Of a DNA stretch of 64,000 nt, positions 1 to 11,009 are shown piece by piece (positions within the stretch are counted from its first letter, which is position 1; each line of letters opens with the position of its first letter). A model generated the notes under the pieces. That model did not search any database, was not told the origin of the DNA, and saw only the letters and a program-made list of their open reading frames with translations. The DNA is from Rebecca billardiae RCC1528. Its lineage: Eukaryota; Protista; Haptophyta. The DNA is taken from contig OZ251226.1 of the NCBI GenBank assembly GCA_965240325.2, forward strand, positions 1,240,001 through 1,304,000, given 5' to 3'. A program made the position numbers and the translations under genes.

Positions 1-219
1 GACCTCTTCATCTCTGGGAACGACGCCGACGCGAAGGCGACCGTGGTGAAGCTGCTCAAGGCGTTTGGCCACAGCGATCCGATCGATCTCGGAGATATCT
101 CCCAGGCGCGCGGGCAGGAGGCGTGGCTGCTGCTGTGGACGCGGCTGTACGGGGTGCTTGGCACGGGCGAGTTCAACCTCAAGCTCGTGCGCACGGCGAA
201 TGCAAAGGCCTCGACATGA
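1..219 (+). CDS. 3' end of NADP oxidoreductase, coenzyme F420-dependent (FNO-like) family protein, 5'-partial
   Basis: Frame 1 (not in the ORF track) reads DLFISGNDADAKATVVKLLKAFGHSDPIDLGDISQARGQEAWLLLWTRLYGVLGTGEFNLKLVR...*, matching the C-terminus typical of bacterial FNO-like dinucleotide-binding proteins; TGA at 217-219. Confidence 0.75.
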   Translation, partial: DLFISGNDADAKATVVKLLKAFGHSDPIDLGDISQARGQEAWLLLWTRLYGVLGTGEFNLKLVRTANAKAST

Positions 220-515
220 GACGCTCGCGCTGGCGATAGGACACTCAGCGGAGACTGAAACGCAGTCGCCGGAGGCCAGTGGCGCTGTAAGGCGAGGCAA
301 ACTGTCAGACGCGAGAAGTCACCGCCGAGCGGCTCCGCATCGCCCTGCTCTATACTCGTAATAGTGTGGCGGTGCTCTCTGAGTGAGGCTGAGCCGCCCT
401 GTCAAGATCAATTGGTTCCTTTGCTGGCAATCGGCGGGCCGGGCGGGCGGATGCACCGGCCGACCTCGCAACCCAGGCGAAGGACGTGCCCCTCACGCTC
501 CCGATTAGCCCCACG

Positions 516-1160
516 ATGACGCCCGTGCAGTTCCACAGGGCCCTCTACGAGCAGATCGTGCCCGACATCAACAAGTACGTGACCAACGGTGAGCACGTCG
601 AGACCAACATCTACGCCGGCGGTGTGAACCTGATCTTCCTCCGCCTGCGTTTCATGCCCATCGACCCCGAGCGCCCCATCTTCTTCGCGCCGCTCAAGCC
701 GAGCCGCCGCATCGCCGGCGCCGCCCGCGTCCCGCACAACCGTTGGGGCGTGCCGCCCGCGCCGCCCGCGCCGCCCGCCGCTGCGCGCCGCCCTGCTCCT
801 CAGCCGGCCGACCAACAGGCGGCGGACCCCGCCGGCCCGGAGGCGGAGGAGTCCGAGGGGGGGGTTTCCGACGGTGCCATCCCGCCACCCCAGCCGCCAA
901 CCGCGGCCGCGCCGTCGGACGGGCCCGAGGTGCAACAGGCCAGGCCGGTGCTCGGGGAGTCCAACAACCGCTTGGTGCTGCTCCCCGGCGCCGCGGCGGC
1001 TGGCAAGCGCGCGGTGGCCGAGCCGTCCACGCCGGCGGTGGAGGGTGGGCCTCCCTCCGCCGGCGGGGGCGACGCCAAGCTGCCCAAGCAGGCCCGCACC
1101 GACCCCCCCGGCGCCGCCCCCCGTGCTCTGGCTGCTGCCGCGCCGTTGTCGCTGGCCTAG
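516..1160 (+). CDS. hypothetical protein or relic ORF (globular N-half, Pro/Ala-rich C-half)
   Basis: ORF 486..1160 (first ATG 516) with coding-like GC3 bias; no family recognised. Confidence 0.3.
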   Translation: MTPVQFHRALYEQIVPDINKYVTNGEHVETNIYAGGVNLIFLRLRFMPIDPERPIFFAPLKPSRRIAGAARVPHNRWGVPPAPPAPPAAARRPAPQPADQQAADPAGPEAEESEGGVSDGAIPPPQPPTAAAPSDGPEVQQARPVLGESNNRLVLLPGAAAAGKRAVAEPSTPAVEGGPPSAGGGDAKLPKQARTDPPGAAPRALAAAAPLSLA

Positions 1161-1226
1161 AGCCGCGCGCGGCGCTGGCGCGCCAGGTGCGCCCAGCCGG
1201 GCAGGGCAGGCATCCTGATCGTCAGC

Positions 1227-1346
1227 GGCCAGGGCGACGACATCCTCAACGGCAAGGGCGACGACTTCCTCTGCGGCCAGGGCGACGACTTCCTCAACGG
1301 CAAGGACGACGACTTCCTCAACGGCAAGGGCGACTACTCCCTCAAC
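1227..1346 (+). repeat. 5 x 24-bp tandem repeat (GGCAAGGGCGACGACTTCCTCAAC-like) encoding G[QK]GDDFLN
   Basis: Read directly; same frame as ORF 486..1160 but after its TAG. Confidence 0.85.
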
Positions 1347-1832
1347 TCGGCAAGGCCACTAGGCCGCGCACACCGGCCCGGGCGACCACACCCACTACCT
1401 GCACTACGGCATCAGTGACTTGAACAGCCTCGGTCGACGACGCGGGCAACTACATGATGACCAAGGCCGACGACGACTGCAAAACAGCGGCATCCCCGGG
1501 CGCCTACTACCTCAGTGACCATGTGCTCAGCATCGGATACGACGACTCCCTCACTCCCGCGGCCAACGCGCTCCGACATCCTCCATTGAACTCCATTCAG
1601 TACTTCGACAGACGAATCAGGAGAGCTGCGCCCTCGTGCCTGTGTCTTTAAATCATAGAATTAGTCTCCGAGTGCTTCCGGCCTTGATCTGCATGCCGAG
1701 TTGATATCACAGTCAAAAAAGTGCTCGACTTTGGCCAAAAGTTTGATAGTCAGATACTGGAGCGCGGTTCGAATTTGGGCCGCCGCGCGATGCACGCGCA
1801 GTCCAAATCACGCGCGATCAGCAGGGCGGCCA

Positions 1833-4800
1833 ATGTTCGCCCAGCAGGCGGCAACGGCCTCGCTGCGCGCCGGACATGACGACGAGGACGCGGCGCACGC
1901 CAACGGCGCGCGGTACGTTGCGCTTTCACACGGCCGAGAGGGCGCGCGCGTGCTCCTCACCGCGCGGCAGAACTACCACGGCGAGCAGGGCACGCGTGGG
2001 CACCGCGCGCTGCGATTTCGTCGCGGCGAGCAGATCGAGCTGCTGCCGCCGTTCGTGTTCGGCGACGGCAAGCTGCTCGAGCAGCACGAGGCCCGGCCCG
2101 TGGGGATGTGGAAGGGTCGGATCGGCACGCGCGAGGGCTGGTTCCCGGACACCGCCGTCTACCCGCCCATCGCGCTCGCGTGCCAGCCGTACGACGCGAA
2201 GAGCTCGGACGAGCTCTCGTTCGGCAAGGGCGCGCGGCTGCTCGTGGAGACGACGCTCACGGCGGACCACGATTGGTGGCTCGCGTCGCTCGAGGGGCGG
2301 CCTGGAGCGCCGCGCGGGCTCGTGCCGTCCAACTTCCTCGAGATCGTCGGCGGGCACAAGCCAGAGCTCCGCGCCCGGCTGAGCCGGCGGCCGACTCGCG
2401 AGGCGTCCGCTGCGGCCGCCGCTGCGGCCGCCGACCCCGCGGCCGCCGAGGGGGCGCAGGGCGCCGCGCACGGCGGGTACTCGCAGCTGGCCAACCTCGC
2501 GGGCCTGATCGTGCACTCCGCGCCCTTCCAGGCCCTCCTCGTCACCGTCGTGCTCGCGTGCACGCTGCTGATGGGGCTGGGCACGTACTCGGCCACGCAG
2601 GGCTCCGCGGCCGTGCGCGCGCTCGCGCACGTCTTCGACGTGCTCACGCTGCTGACGTTCCTCGTCGAGCTCGGGCTGAAGCTGCTCGCGAACGGGCGCA
2701 CGCCGCACCACCTCTTCCTCGAGCCGAGCGACGGGCACGCGTGCGCCGTGCGCGTGCACTGGTGGGAGATCTTCAATCTCGCGATCGTGATTCAGGCGGT
2801 GGTCGGCCTCACGCGCGGCGCGCCGGGCGGCTGGGTGCGCTCGCTGCGCGTCGTGCAGCTGGGCGCGCGCGCGGTCGGGCTGAAGCGCGCGCAGGGGCTG
2901 TACGCGCCGTTCATCGCGCTGCTGTACGGCATGGGCCGGGGCATCGCCTCCTCGCTCTACATCATCCTGCTGATGACCATCCTCTTCTACCTGTGGGCAG
3001 TCGTGGGCGTTTCCTTCCTGGGCGAAAATGACCCGAAGCATTTTCACGACCTGCGCTCGGCGTTCCTCACGCTGTACCAGCTGACGACGATGGACGGGTG
3101 GGGCGAGGTGATGGACACCTCGGCGCAGGGCTGCGACCGCGTCGCGTACGAGCAGTGGGCCGGCGCGGGGTACGCGTGCGACGCGCCGCGCGCGCGCCCC
3201 GTTTTCGGCCCGCTGTATTTTGTGAGCTTCACGCTCGTGTCCGGGCTGATCGTCGTCTCGTTGTTCGTCGGCGTGAGCACGGTGGCGATGCAGTCGGCGC
3301 TGGACGCGCAGCACGCGGAGCAGCTGCGCAAGCGGCCCCCCGAGCGCAACCGCAAGACGCGCGAGGACGTCGCCTTCCTCGAGGGCCAGCTCGCGCGCGC
3401 GTGGCAGCCGGCGCGCGACGTGCTGCCTTGGAGCGAGCGAGATTGGCGCGAGCTGGCCGGCTGGGAGGAGGGCTGGCGCAAGCGGCTGGCGGGGGCGTAC
3501 GTCGGGCTCGCCGCGCCGCTGGAGCGCGCGTTCCGCACCGACAGCTACGAGCAGGCCATGGTCCTCCCCATCCTCGCCTCCGCCATCCTCATCGGCATCG
3601 AGACAGAGGCCCCCCAGGCACTTCCGCGCGAGTCCGCGATCGCGCTCGACGGTCTCGTCGTTTTCATCTTCACCGCGGAGGCGGCGCTCAAGCTCGCGTC
3701 GACGGGGCTGCGGCCGGGGCGGTTCTTCCGGAGCGCGTGGAACGTGCTCGACCTCGTGATCGTCGTGCTCAACTGGCTGCCCGACGCCGCCATCGAGGAC
3801 ATGCGCCAGCGGCTCGCGCAGCACGGGGGCCCGCCCGTCAATCAGTCGAATGTTCTGAGGATGGTGCGGCTGCTCAGAGTCGTGAAGCTCTTCTCGGCGG
3901 TGGGCCCGCTGCAGCTGATCGTGGAGGGGCTGGTGAACGGCGTGCTCTCGATCGGGCTCATCTTCGCCATGCTCGTCCTCCTCATGTACTCCTTCGCCGT
4001 GCTCGGCGTCAACCTCTTTGGCGAGAACGACCCCGCTTACTTTGGCTCGTTGGAGCGCGCGCTCACGACCCTGTACCAGTGCGCGACGCTCGACAACTGG
4101 ACGGAGCGGCTGCACGTGAACATGTACGGGTGCGACGCGTACGGGTACGAGGAGGCGCCCGCGCTGTGCACCAGGCCGCGCGCGCAGGTGCTCGTCGCCG
4201 CCGCCTACTTCACCGTGTACACGATCACAGCCTCCTTTGTGCGCGCGCGCGCGCGCGCGCGCCGCCCGCTCGGCGCAGCGCCGCGCTTCGGGCAGCCATG
4301 GGCCCTGGGTGGTGGCTGCGCGCGCCACGCGTCGTCGCGCGCGCGCACGCTCTGCGCGGCGCGGCGCGCGCGGGGTGTCCCCCACGGCGCGCGCGGGGTG
4401 TCCCCCCGCGCTCGCGCCGCCCGTGCGCCGCTGAGCACGCCGACGAGCCCGCGCCGCCCGCGCGCGCACACCACCCGCCCGCCCCTTGGCCCTACCGGTG
4501 CGGCCACCGCCGCCATCAGGTGTTGCTCAACTTCTTCGTCGGCGTCGTCACGTCGTCGATGGAGCGCGCGACGCAGGAGCACGCGCGCCTGGCGAACCTG
4601 GGCCCGCAGCAGCGGAAGCGGCTGCAGCTCATCTTCGAGGTGGTGGACGAGGGCGGCTCAGGGGCGATCTCGAAGCACGACTTCGAGCGCGTCGTCGCCG
4701 TCGGCCGCGCGCAGCTGCTGCACTCGCGCACGCTCGCGCGCAGCGACTCGGTGCTCCGCGCATTTTCGCACTCGTCGTCGATGCGCGGGCAGTTGGATTT

Positions 4801-6806
4801 CCCCGAGTTCATCTCCGCGCTGCAGAAAGTGGACGCGCGGCTGATGGCGCGCTTCCTGCGCGGCGTGGCGGAGGCGCGCGGCAACGAGCTCGAGCGCCGC
4901 GCGTCGGCGCTACCCGACGCGCTGCCACGCCCGCTCGCCACCACGCTCGGCACGGTCGGTCTGCTGGCCGCGTGGCGCAGGGCGGCGGAGCGCGCGGCCG
5001 CCGACGCGCGGGCGAGCGCCGATGTGCTCACCGCCGAGCTGGACGGCGAGGACGAGGGCGTGGGGCCGCTGCCGACGCGGAGCGGGTGCGTGTCGAGCGA
5101 CGTGCGGAGTGGCGACACGGCGTACCGGAAGCGCGGCGGCGCGGGCGCGCTCTCTCGCGAGGAGTCTCTCCGGGCGCTCGTGCTGCTCGAGCACGCCGCG
5201 CCGCGAGCGTTTCAGAGCGTCGACGAGGGAGCGGGTGACGACGACGGCGCCGGCGGTGGTGGCGGTGGTGGCGTGCCCGGTGGTGGCGTGACGGCCGAGC
5301 GCGGCGCGTTGGGCGGCGCGAAGGGCGCGCGCGCGCTCAGTCGCGCAGGGACGGCGACCTCGTGCGCTGCGCCCCCGGGCGCAGCAGCACTGAACGGCGC
5401 AGCGGCGGCTGCGGGCGAGGGCGCGGCTGAGACGCGCGCGGCGCTCCCGCCTGCTGCCGCGGGCGGCGCGGGCGGCGCGGAGGCGGAGGCGGAGGCGGGC
5501 TGGACGTGCAGTCTGCCCGAGGGTACTCTCCCCTCGCCCGACGGGCTGGGCGAGGGCGAGCGCGCACAGCCGCTGCAGATGGCCGCGTGGCGCCACGGGC
5601 TCGCAGAGCTGATGCGCACCGCCATTGGCGAGGTGGGCTCAGAGCACGAGGCCGCGCTGTGGCGGTGCGCGCCGCGCCGTGCGCGCCGCTCGTGCGCGCC
5701 TGTGGTGCGTTCGCCCGGGTGCCGTTGGCGGCGGGCGCGGGCGCGGTGGGAGCGAGCCTTCACGCGCGGCTCTCGGCGTGTCTGCCCGCGCGCTCGGCCC
5801 CGCCCTGTGCGCCGCCACGTGAGCGGGCCTGCGCGCACGCGGCCTGAGTGAGCGCTCTCCTCCAACTCCGCGCCCTCGGGCTGACGCCGCGCTGCCCCGC
5901 CCCCTATCCCCACCCGCAACCCTGCCTTCAACTGTACGTACCCCGCGCGTGCGCGCGTGAGCGTGGCGCAGGCATGAGCTTTTCCTGCTGCTGCAGCACC
6001 CTCGGCTTAAGCGGCAGCCGGCAGGCAGCACGCCCAGCTATCTGAAGCCGCATGACGCCGGCAGCGCGGCGGGCGGAGGCGGTGGGGGCGGCCGCGCGAG
6101 TGCGGCGGCTGAGGGCAAGGCGGGGGCAGGCGGCGCGCCGTCACCAAGCGCTCGCGGCCCAGTGGCAAGGCACGCCGCTGCGGCTGCGCCGCGCTCCCCT
6201 TCGCCGACACGCCGGACGTCGCCCCCGCGCAGCGCCGCGGCGGGAAGCTGCGCCCAGTGCACAGACCGGCTCGACTCGACGCGCCGAGCCACTTCGGCCG
6301 AGCGCTTGCCGCGGGTGGCGCGCCTGTCGGCAGCGCACGTGGGCACGGCGGCGGACCGCAGCGCGCGCGCGCTGTCTCCATACCGCGCGCGCTCTGCGGC
6401 ACGCGGCGTGGCGGGCGGTGGCAGTGGCGCGTCGCCGGCACGGTGCGCACGCTCGGCTGTCGTGTTGACCGAGCAGACGACTGCGGCAAGTGGCGCAGGT
6501 GCTGCTGTCACGAGCGGCGGAGCTGGCACGTGCGCTGCCGCCGCGTCGGCGAAGCCGCCGGGCGCCGCCGAGCCCGTCCACCCGGCGCTGCGCAACAGCC
6601 GGCCGCGGCAGCTCACCGTGAACACGCGGCAGCACGAGCTGTGGCAGCAGCAGCAGGTTGCGGCCGCGCAGCACTCGGGCACGCACCAGTCGACGTCGCC
6701 GCTCGGTGGCTCGGCCATCGGGCCGCGCCCCGACAGCCCAGACGCTCCCGCCCGCCCGACCTCGCCCGAGCGGCCGCGCCAGCGCCAGTACGTGACGCTG
6801 CTGTAG
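1833..6806 (+). CDS. SH3-SH3 + two 6TM voltage-gated cation channel repeats + EF-hand-like region; join(1833..4238,4520..5664,5972..6806), ~1461 aa
   Basis: SH3 motifs (LRFRRGEQIE...WKGRIGTREGWFP; YDAKSSDELSFGKG...WWLAS...GLVPSNF); S4 segments (RSLRVVQL, LRMVRLLRVVKL); pore loops LYQLTTMDGW and LYQCATLDNW. Intron 4239-4519 restores S6 (TITASF|VLLNFFVGVV). EF-hand-like VDEGGSGAISKHDF. Intron 5665-5971 joins in frame to ORF 6162..6806. Confidence 0.8.
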
Positions 6807-7209
6807 GCAGTTGTAGCCTTCGACACTGCAGCCGGCGGAGCTCTTCTGGAGTGGCATCACCCAGCAGCTGCCGCAGGTGGATCGGTGTGCATTGGCGGGC
6901 AGGGCGGCGCGGAATTTCATTCACATCGCGGCAAGAGCGCGCCGCTGACAAAGTGAGACTGGCTTTGCGCTGTGACACATCTGAGTCTTCAACCTGCGCT
7001 GTACAAGTGTGATACGACAGTAAAAGAGCAGCGCAGGTACGGTTTCACCGTCACACAACAGCTGACGCCTGACGAACAAATAAAAAAATGCTGCAGACGA
7101 TGATCGTTTGTATCCGGTCGTCCATCGTCATTATTTTCTGCCGCCCAAAGGCCCAAGCGGGCCAAGCCGCTCGCCGTCCAACGGCGGCCCATGACGCACG
7201 CAGGTCGCG

Positions 7210-8616
7210 ATGTGGCCCGAGGCGCTCAAGGCATGGTGGTCGCGGCGACCGACGACGACCGTGTTCGCCACGCCCTCGCCCAATGAGCTCGGCTTCCACA
7301 CGGTGCAGATCGACTGCATGCCGAACGCCGGCTGCACAGTCTTTGCCCTGTTCCTGTGCGGACAGATGCTCGCGCGCGGGCACCAGGTCGCTTGCTTCCC
7401 GGACGTGTTCGACGGGCAGGTGGCGCTACCCGAGCGCATGCGCGCCGAGCGCAGCTCGCCGCGCCCGCACCATTACGTCGCGAAGCTCAAGCTGCCGCAC
7501 TTCTGGGCGCTGGCTGACGCCTCTGATGCGCCGGCGCCGCCGTGCGAATTCGACGGCGAGAAGCTGACGTGGCGTGCGTGGGAACGCGTGCGGCCGACCG
7601 TGCGCATCCTGTTCCTGCGCGACCCGCTGCGCAACTACCTCTCGCTGCGCTCGCGCGCATTCTGCGTGCACGGTGGCGGCATGCGCGCTAAGCTCGCCCT
7701 GGCAGATGCCCTTTTCGGCCGAGAGTATCAGCAGCGCTCGGCCGAGCCGCGCGGCGTGCGCGGCGTGCGGCGCAGGCGGTACGCTTACGACGCGGTGGTG
7801 TTCGCCGAGGACATTCAGTCCGACGCGGACGCGGCCGCGCTCGCCGAGCGGCTTCTCGGCGCGGCGGCCGTGGGCACGGCGCCCGCGGCCGCGCGCGCAC
7901 TCGGCCTCAAGCCACACAAGCGGCTGCGGCGCTCGAATGTTGCGCTCGGGTATGCATTCGGTGGGGACGGGCGGGCTGGGCAGGGCGTGGACAGGCGAGT
8001 GGGGACGGGGCAGGCGATGGTCTTCCCCGGGCCGCTGTACAGGCGGCGTGCGCAGCCGGCGCACACGGCGGCCGACATGGCGCTTGTCCACGCCATGGCA
8101 CCCCGCCTCTCCGCAGCCTACCGGGGCAGCTGGGCGGCGGCGGCGCCCAAGCCCAGCAGCTCCGCGCGGCGCGGGCGCGCGCAGCTTCGCTCGCGCGCGT
8201 GCGACGGCTGCCTGATGCCCGAGAGCGCACCGTGCCCGAACAACTCCGCGCCGCTGGCGCCGCGCTTCGAGGGCCGCGTGCTGCCGGCCGCGTGCGGCTG
8301 CGCGCCGGGCGCGGAGTGGGCTGCGGCCGCACTGGGCTTCAACCGCTCAGTCCTGGGCACGGACACGCACCCATTCGCGATCGAGCCGTGCTCCGGCTCG
8401 GCCGGGGCGCGGGCCGCGAGCGTGCGCAGGCGAGTGTATCCCAGCCTGCGCTGCGCCGACGCCTCGCCGCCACCTGGCCAGGGTGGCCCGTCGTGGGCTG
8501 GAACGCTGTCCGCTCACGATGTGTCGCGCTGCCATCGCACGTTTGTGCGCCTGTGTGAAGCCGTGAGCGCAGAGCATGGCGATCTCAGGGACGACCATGT
8601 AGCCTTTGCAAAATAA
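7210..8616 (+). CDS. putative P-loop sulfotransferase-family protein
   Basis: 5'-PSB-like DCMPNAGCT and 3'-PB-like ILFLRDPLRNYLS, followed by VVFAED. Confidence 0.5.
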   Translation: MWPEALKAWWSRRPTTTVFATPSPNELGFHTVQIDCMPNAGCTVFALFLCGQMLARGHQVACFPDVFDGQVALPERMRAERSSPRPHHYVAKLKLPHFWALADASDAPAPPCEFDGEKLTWRAWERVRPTVRILFLRDPLRNYLSLRSRAFCVHGGGMRAKLALADALFGREYQQRSAEPRGVRGVRRRRYAYDAVVFAEDIQSDADAAALAERLLGAAAVGTAPAAARALGLKPHKRLRRSNVALGYAFGGDGRAGQGVDRRVGTGQAMVFPGPLYRRRAQPAHTAADMALVHAMAPRLSAAYRGSWAAAAPKPSSSARRGRAQLRSRACDGCLMPESAPCPNNSAPLAPRFEGRVLPAACGCAPGAEWAAAALGFNRSVLGTDTHPFAIEPCSGSAGARAASVRRRVYPSLRCADASPPPGQGGPSWAGTLSAHDVSRCHRTFVRLCEAVSAEHGDLRDDHVAFAK

Positions 8617-9695
8617 GTGCGTGCGCATCTGCTGATTCTATCTGCGGCTGCGCATGCGCCGCCGCGGATCCGCCGACGACCAACAACTTCATCAGACTCG
8701 GAGCCGTGCCCGGACCGGCGCTGAGCGGGCGCAGGGGCGGCCACCGTCACTGCTCGTCAGGCGTCAGCCGGCGTTACCAGGCCGTGACCGTGCCCGGCCC
8801 CGTGGCCAGCCCGTCGCATGCAGTGACTGCCAGACGCATTATTCTGAGTCACGGTCGACATGGAGTGATGCTGACTGATGGGTCATGCCTCATGACGACG
8901 GTCAAGTTATGCCTGCTTATGGGCAGTCTGCACAGAACACAGAGACTGAGAGAGAGCACCGTCAGTCGTCCGCACTCGTCGACTCAGCCGAGTCAGCGGC
9001 ACTCGTCAGTGAGCCGCGCCACGGTCAAGTGGCGCGGGCCAGCCGGCTGCCGGGCCACCGCGGCTACTAGTACCGTAACCGCGTAACTACTAAATTTATA
9101 CCGTTCGTCGTCCTTATTGGCAGCATCATAGTATCACTGCTGCTATATATATCATTTGGCATCAATTAATGAATTACTAATCACGTCCCGTGACGTACGT
9201 AATATACGCGGGGCCCGCACGCCGCAGGGTACGACGGGACTCAGCCCCGTACGGGCATCATCGTCAGCTGCTACATACATAGCTTACTATGTCCCTGCTT
9301 GCTGGCAGCCGCTGCATCACAGGTCTCCGATCATGGCAGGCGAGTGAGTAACAGTGTGCCAGCGCGATGCCCATCCGATTCCGACCCGTGATCCGAGCCG
9401 GTCGTCACGGACACAGTCACAGTCCAGACCGGTCATCGGACCAGATGCCGCGGCTCAGATGCGCAACAGCGAGCGGACAGGCGGGGCGCCTCAGGCGCAG
9501 AATGCCCAGGAGGCGACGCGCTGCCTCCACGCTGCCGCCACCCGACCGTCACAGCACCGTCCCTCGGCGCCCTGGACGGCCGGGCAGCTCGCTGCTGCGC
9601 TCCATGGCTGCGGCAGCACCGGGGAGAGCATCTGACAGAACCTGCGCGCGCGGACCGCGCAGCGTGTGCGCGAGGCGCGCGCAACCGACGGGCCC

Positions 9696-10697
9696 TCAGG
9701 CGCCAGGCTCGGCCTTCTGCGTGCACGACTTGGCGTACTTGAGCACCTTGTTGAACGTGTCCATGTCGAGGTTGTCCACGTCCAGCTCGACCTCCTTGTC
9801 GCCGTTGTGCTGCAGCGCGGTCGAGCACTGCTTGTTCACCATCTTGACAATGTGGTTGAGCTCGACGAGGCTGAGCTTGGTGCATGTGTCGTAGAAGCGC
9901 TTCTTCTGCTGGAAGGTGGGCCATCCGTCCCTGTCCGGCACGGGCTGCCCCGTGCGCTGCGGGTGCTGCATCCCGTTGAACAGGTAGAGCCCGCACTTGC
10001 GGTCGAAGACGATGTTGACGAGCGCGGCGACGATGCCAAACATGGAGCCCGCGCCGTTGTACTTGATGCAGTTGTCGAAGCAGAGCTTGACGTCTCGCGC
10101 GAACGCCTCGATCGTCGTATACCGGTCCGCCTTGAGCTGGCGCTGCACCGTGGCGAGGTCCATCGGCGTCTCGATCACCCTGTGGTAGTCGTGGAGCTTG
10201 AGCCCTTCAACGTCCACGGGCTCGAGGAACCATTCGGACATCGGGTGGTTCATGATCTCCGAGAGCACGAGCTCGCAGCGGACGGGCATCTCGAGATGGG
10301 GCAGCGTGTGGTAACCCTCCGCCTCCAGCTCGCCCAGCTTCTTCTCCGCCTCCTCGCACAGCTTCTTTGCGTTCTTGAAGTAGAGTGAGTCGGGCGCGTT
10401 GAAGAGGAGCGCGTTCTTCCACACGAGGCGGATGTCGTTGGCGAACTCCTCGAGGGTCTGATACTTTCGCTCGAGCAGGTTGCTCTGGATCGTGCCCAGG
10501 TCCATCGGCTGCTTGATGAGCTTTGGGTAATCTGGCAGGTTGAGCGTCTTCCAGTCGACGGGCGTGAGGAACACCTGCGCCTGCTGCCGCTTCGAGATGT
10601 TCTTGAGGACGGCGTCGGCCTTTTTGTGCATGGTGTCGTCGAGCAGGATGCCCGAGTGCAGCTTTTGCCGCTTGTCGCGGTGCATCAACTCCGCCAT
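9696..10697 (-). CDS. BET-family protein: two bromodomains + extra-terminal (ET/NET) domain
   Basis: FLTPVDW..LPDYPKLIKQPMDLGTI...NALLFN; FLEPVD..LHDYHRVIETPMDL...NCIKYN; C-terminal TFQQKK...EVELDVDNLD. Start taken at MAELMHRD (10697). Confidence 0.9.
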   Translation of the reverse strand: MAELMHRDKRQKLHSGILLDDTMHKKADAVLKNISKRQQAQVFLTPVDWKTLNLPDYPKLIKQPMDLGTIQSNLLERKYQTLEEFANDIRLVWKNALLFNAPDSLYFKNAKKLCEEAEKKLGELEAEGYHTLPHLEMPVRCELVLSEIMNHPMSEWFLEPVDVEGLKLHDYHRVIETPMDLATVQRQLKADRYTTIEAFARDVKLCFDNCIKYNGAGSMFGIVAALVNIVFDRKCGLYLFNGMQHPQRTGQPVPDRDGWPTFQQKKRFYDTCTKLSLVELNHIVKMVNKQCSTALQHNGDKEVELDVDNLDMDTFNKVLKYAKSCTQKAEPGA

Positions 10698-11009
10698 GAC
10701 ACCCCACCGCGCCCGGGCCGCGGCGGCCGTCTCGCGGCGTGTGCCTCCCTTCTGCTTAGGGCGAGCGGTGGCCAGTGGCGCTCGGACCGCGGGCTGCTTG
10801 CCACTGCTGACCAGCGCCAGGCGGGCGGCCTGCTCAGTGCGGGCTTCCAAGGCACCGGACGCGGTTACCCGTCGCGTCACCGATCCTGCTGTGGGCGCGA
10901 AAAAAACCACGCCCGTCTGCGGAGCCCCGGACGACCTGGATTTCATCCATGGCGGCGACGAGCGTGCAGCCCACGGGCAGGTAGCAAAGAGTGAGGAGGC
11001 AAGGCGCCG

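Noticed and set aside
1926-4469. Long antisense and alternate-frame ORFs (also 23824-26154, 27100-29562, 29514-32111, 45298-47763, 50454-52631)
   Set aside because: Shadow ORFs expected from extreme GC content and GC3 bias; Arg/Ala-rich with no motifs, and lying opposite recognisable genes.
9186-9240. Imperfect inverted repeat GTCCCGT..CGTAC / GTACGACGGGAC
   Set aside because: Short and imperfect, with no TSD or other supporting feature.
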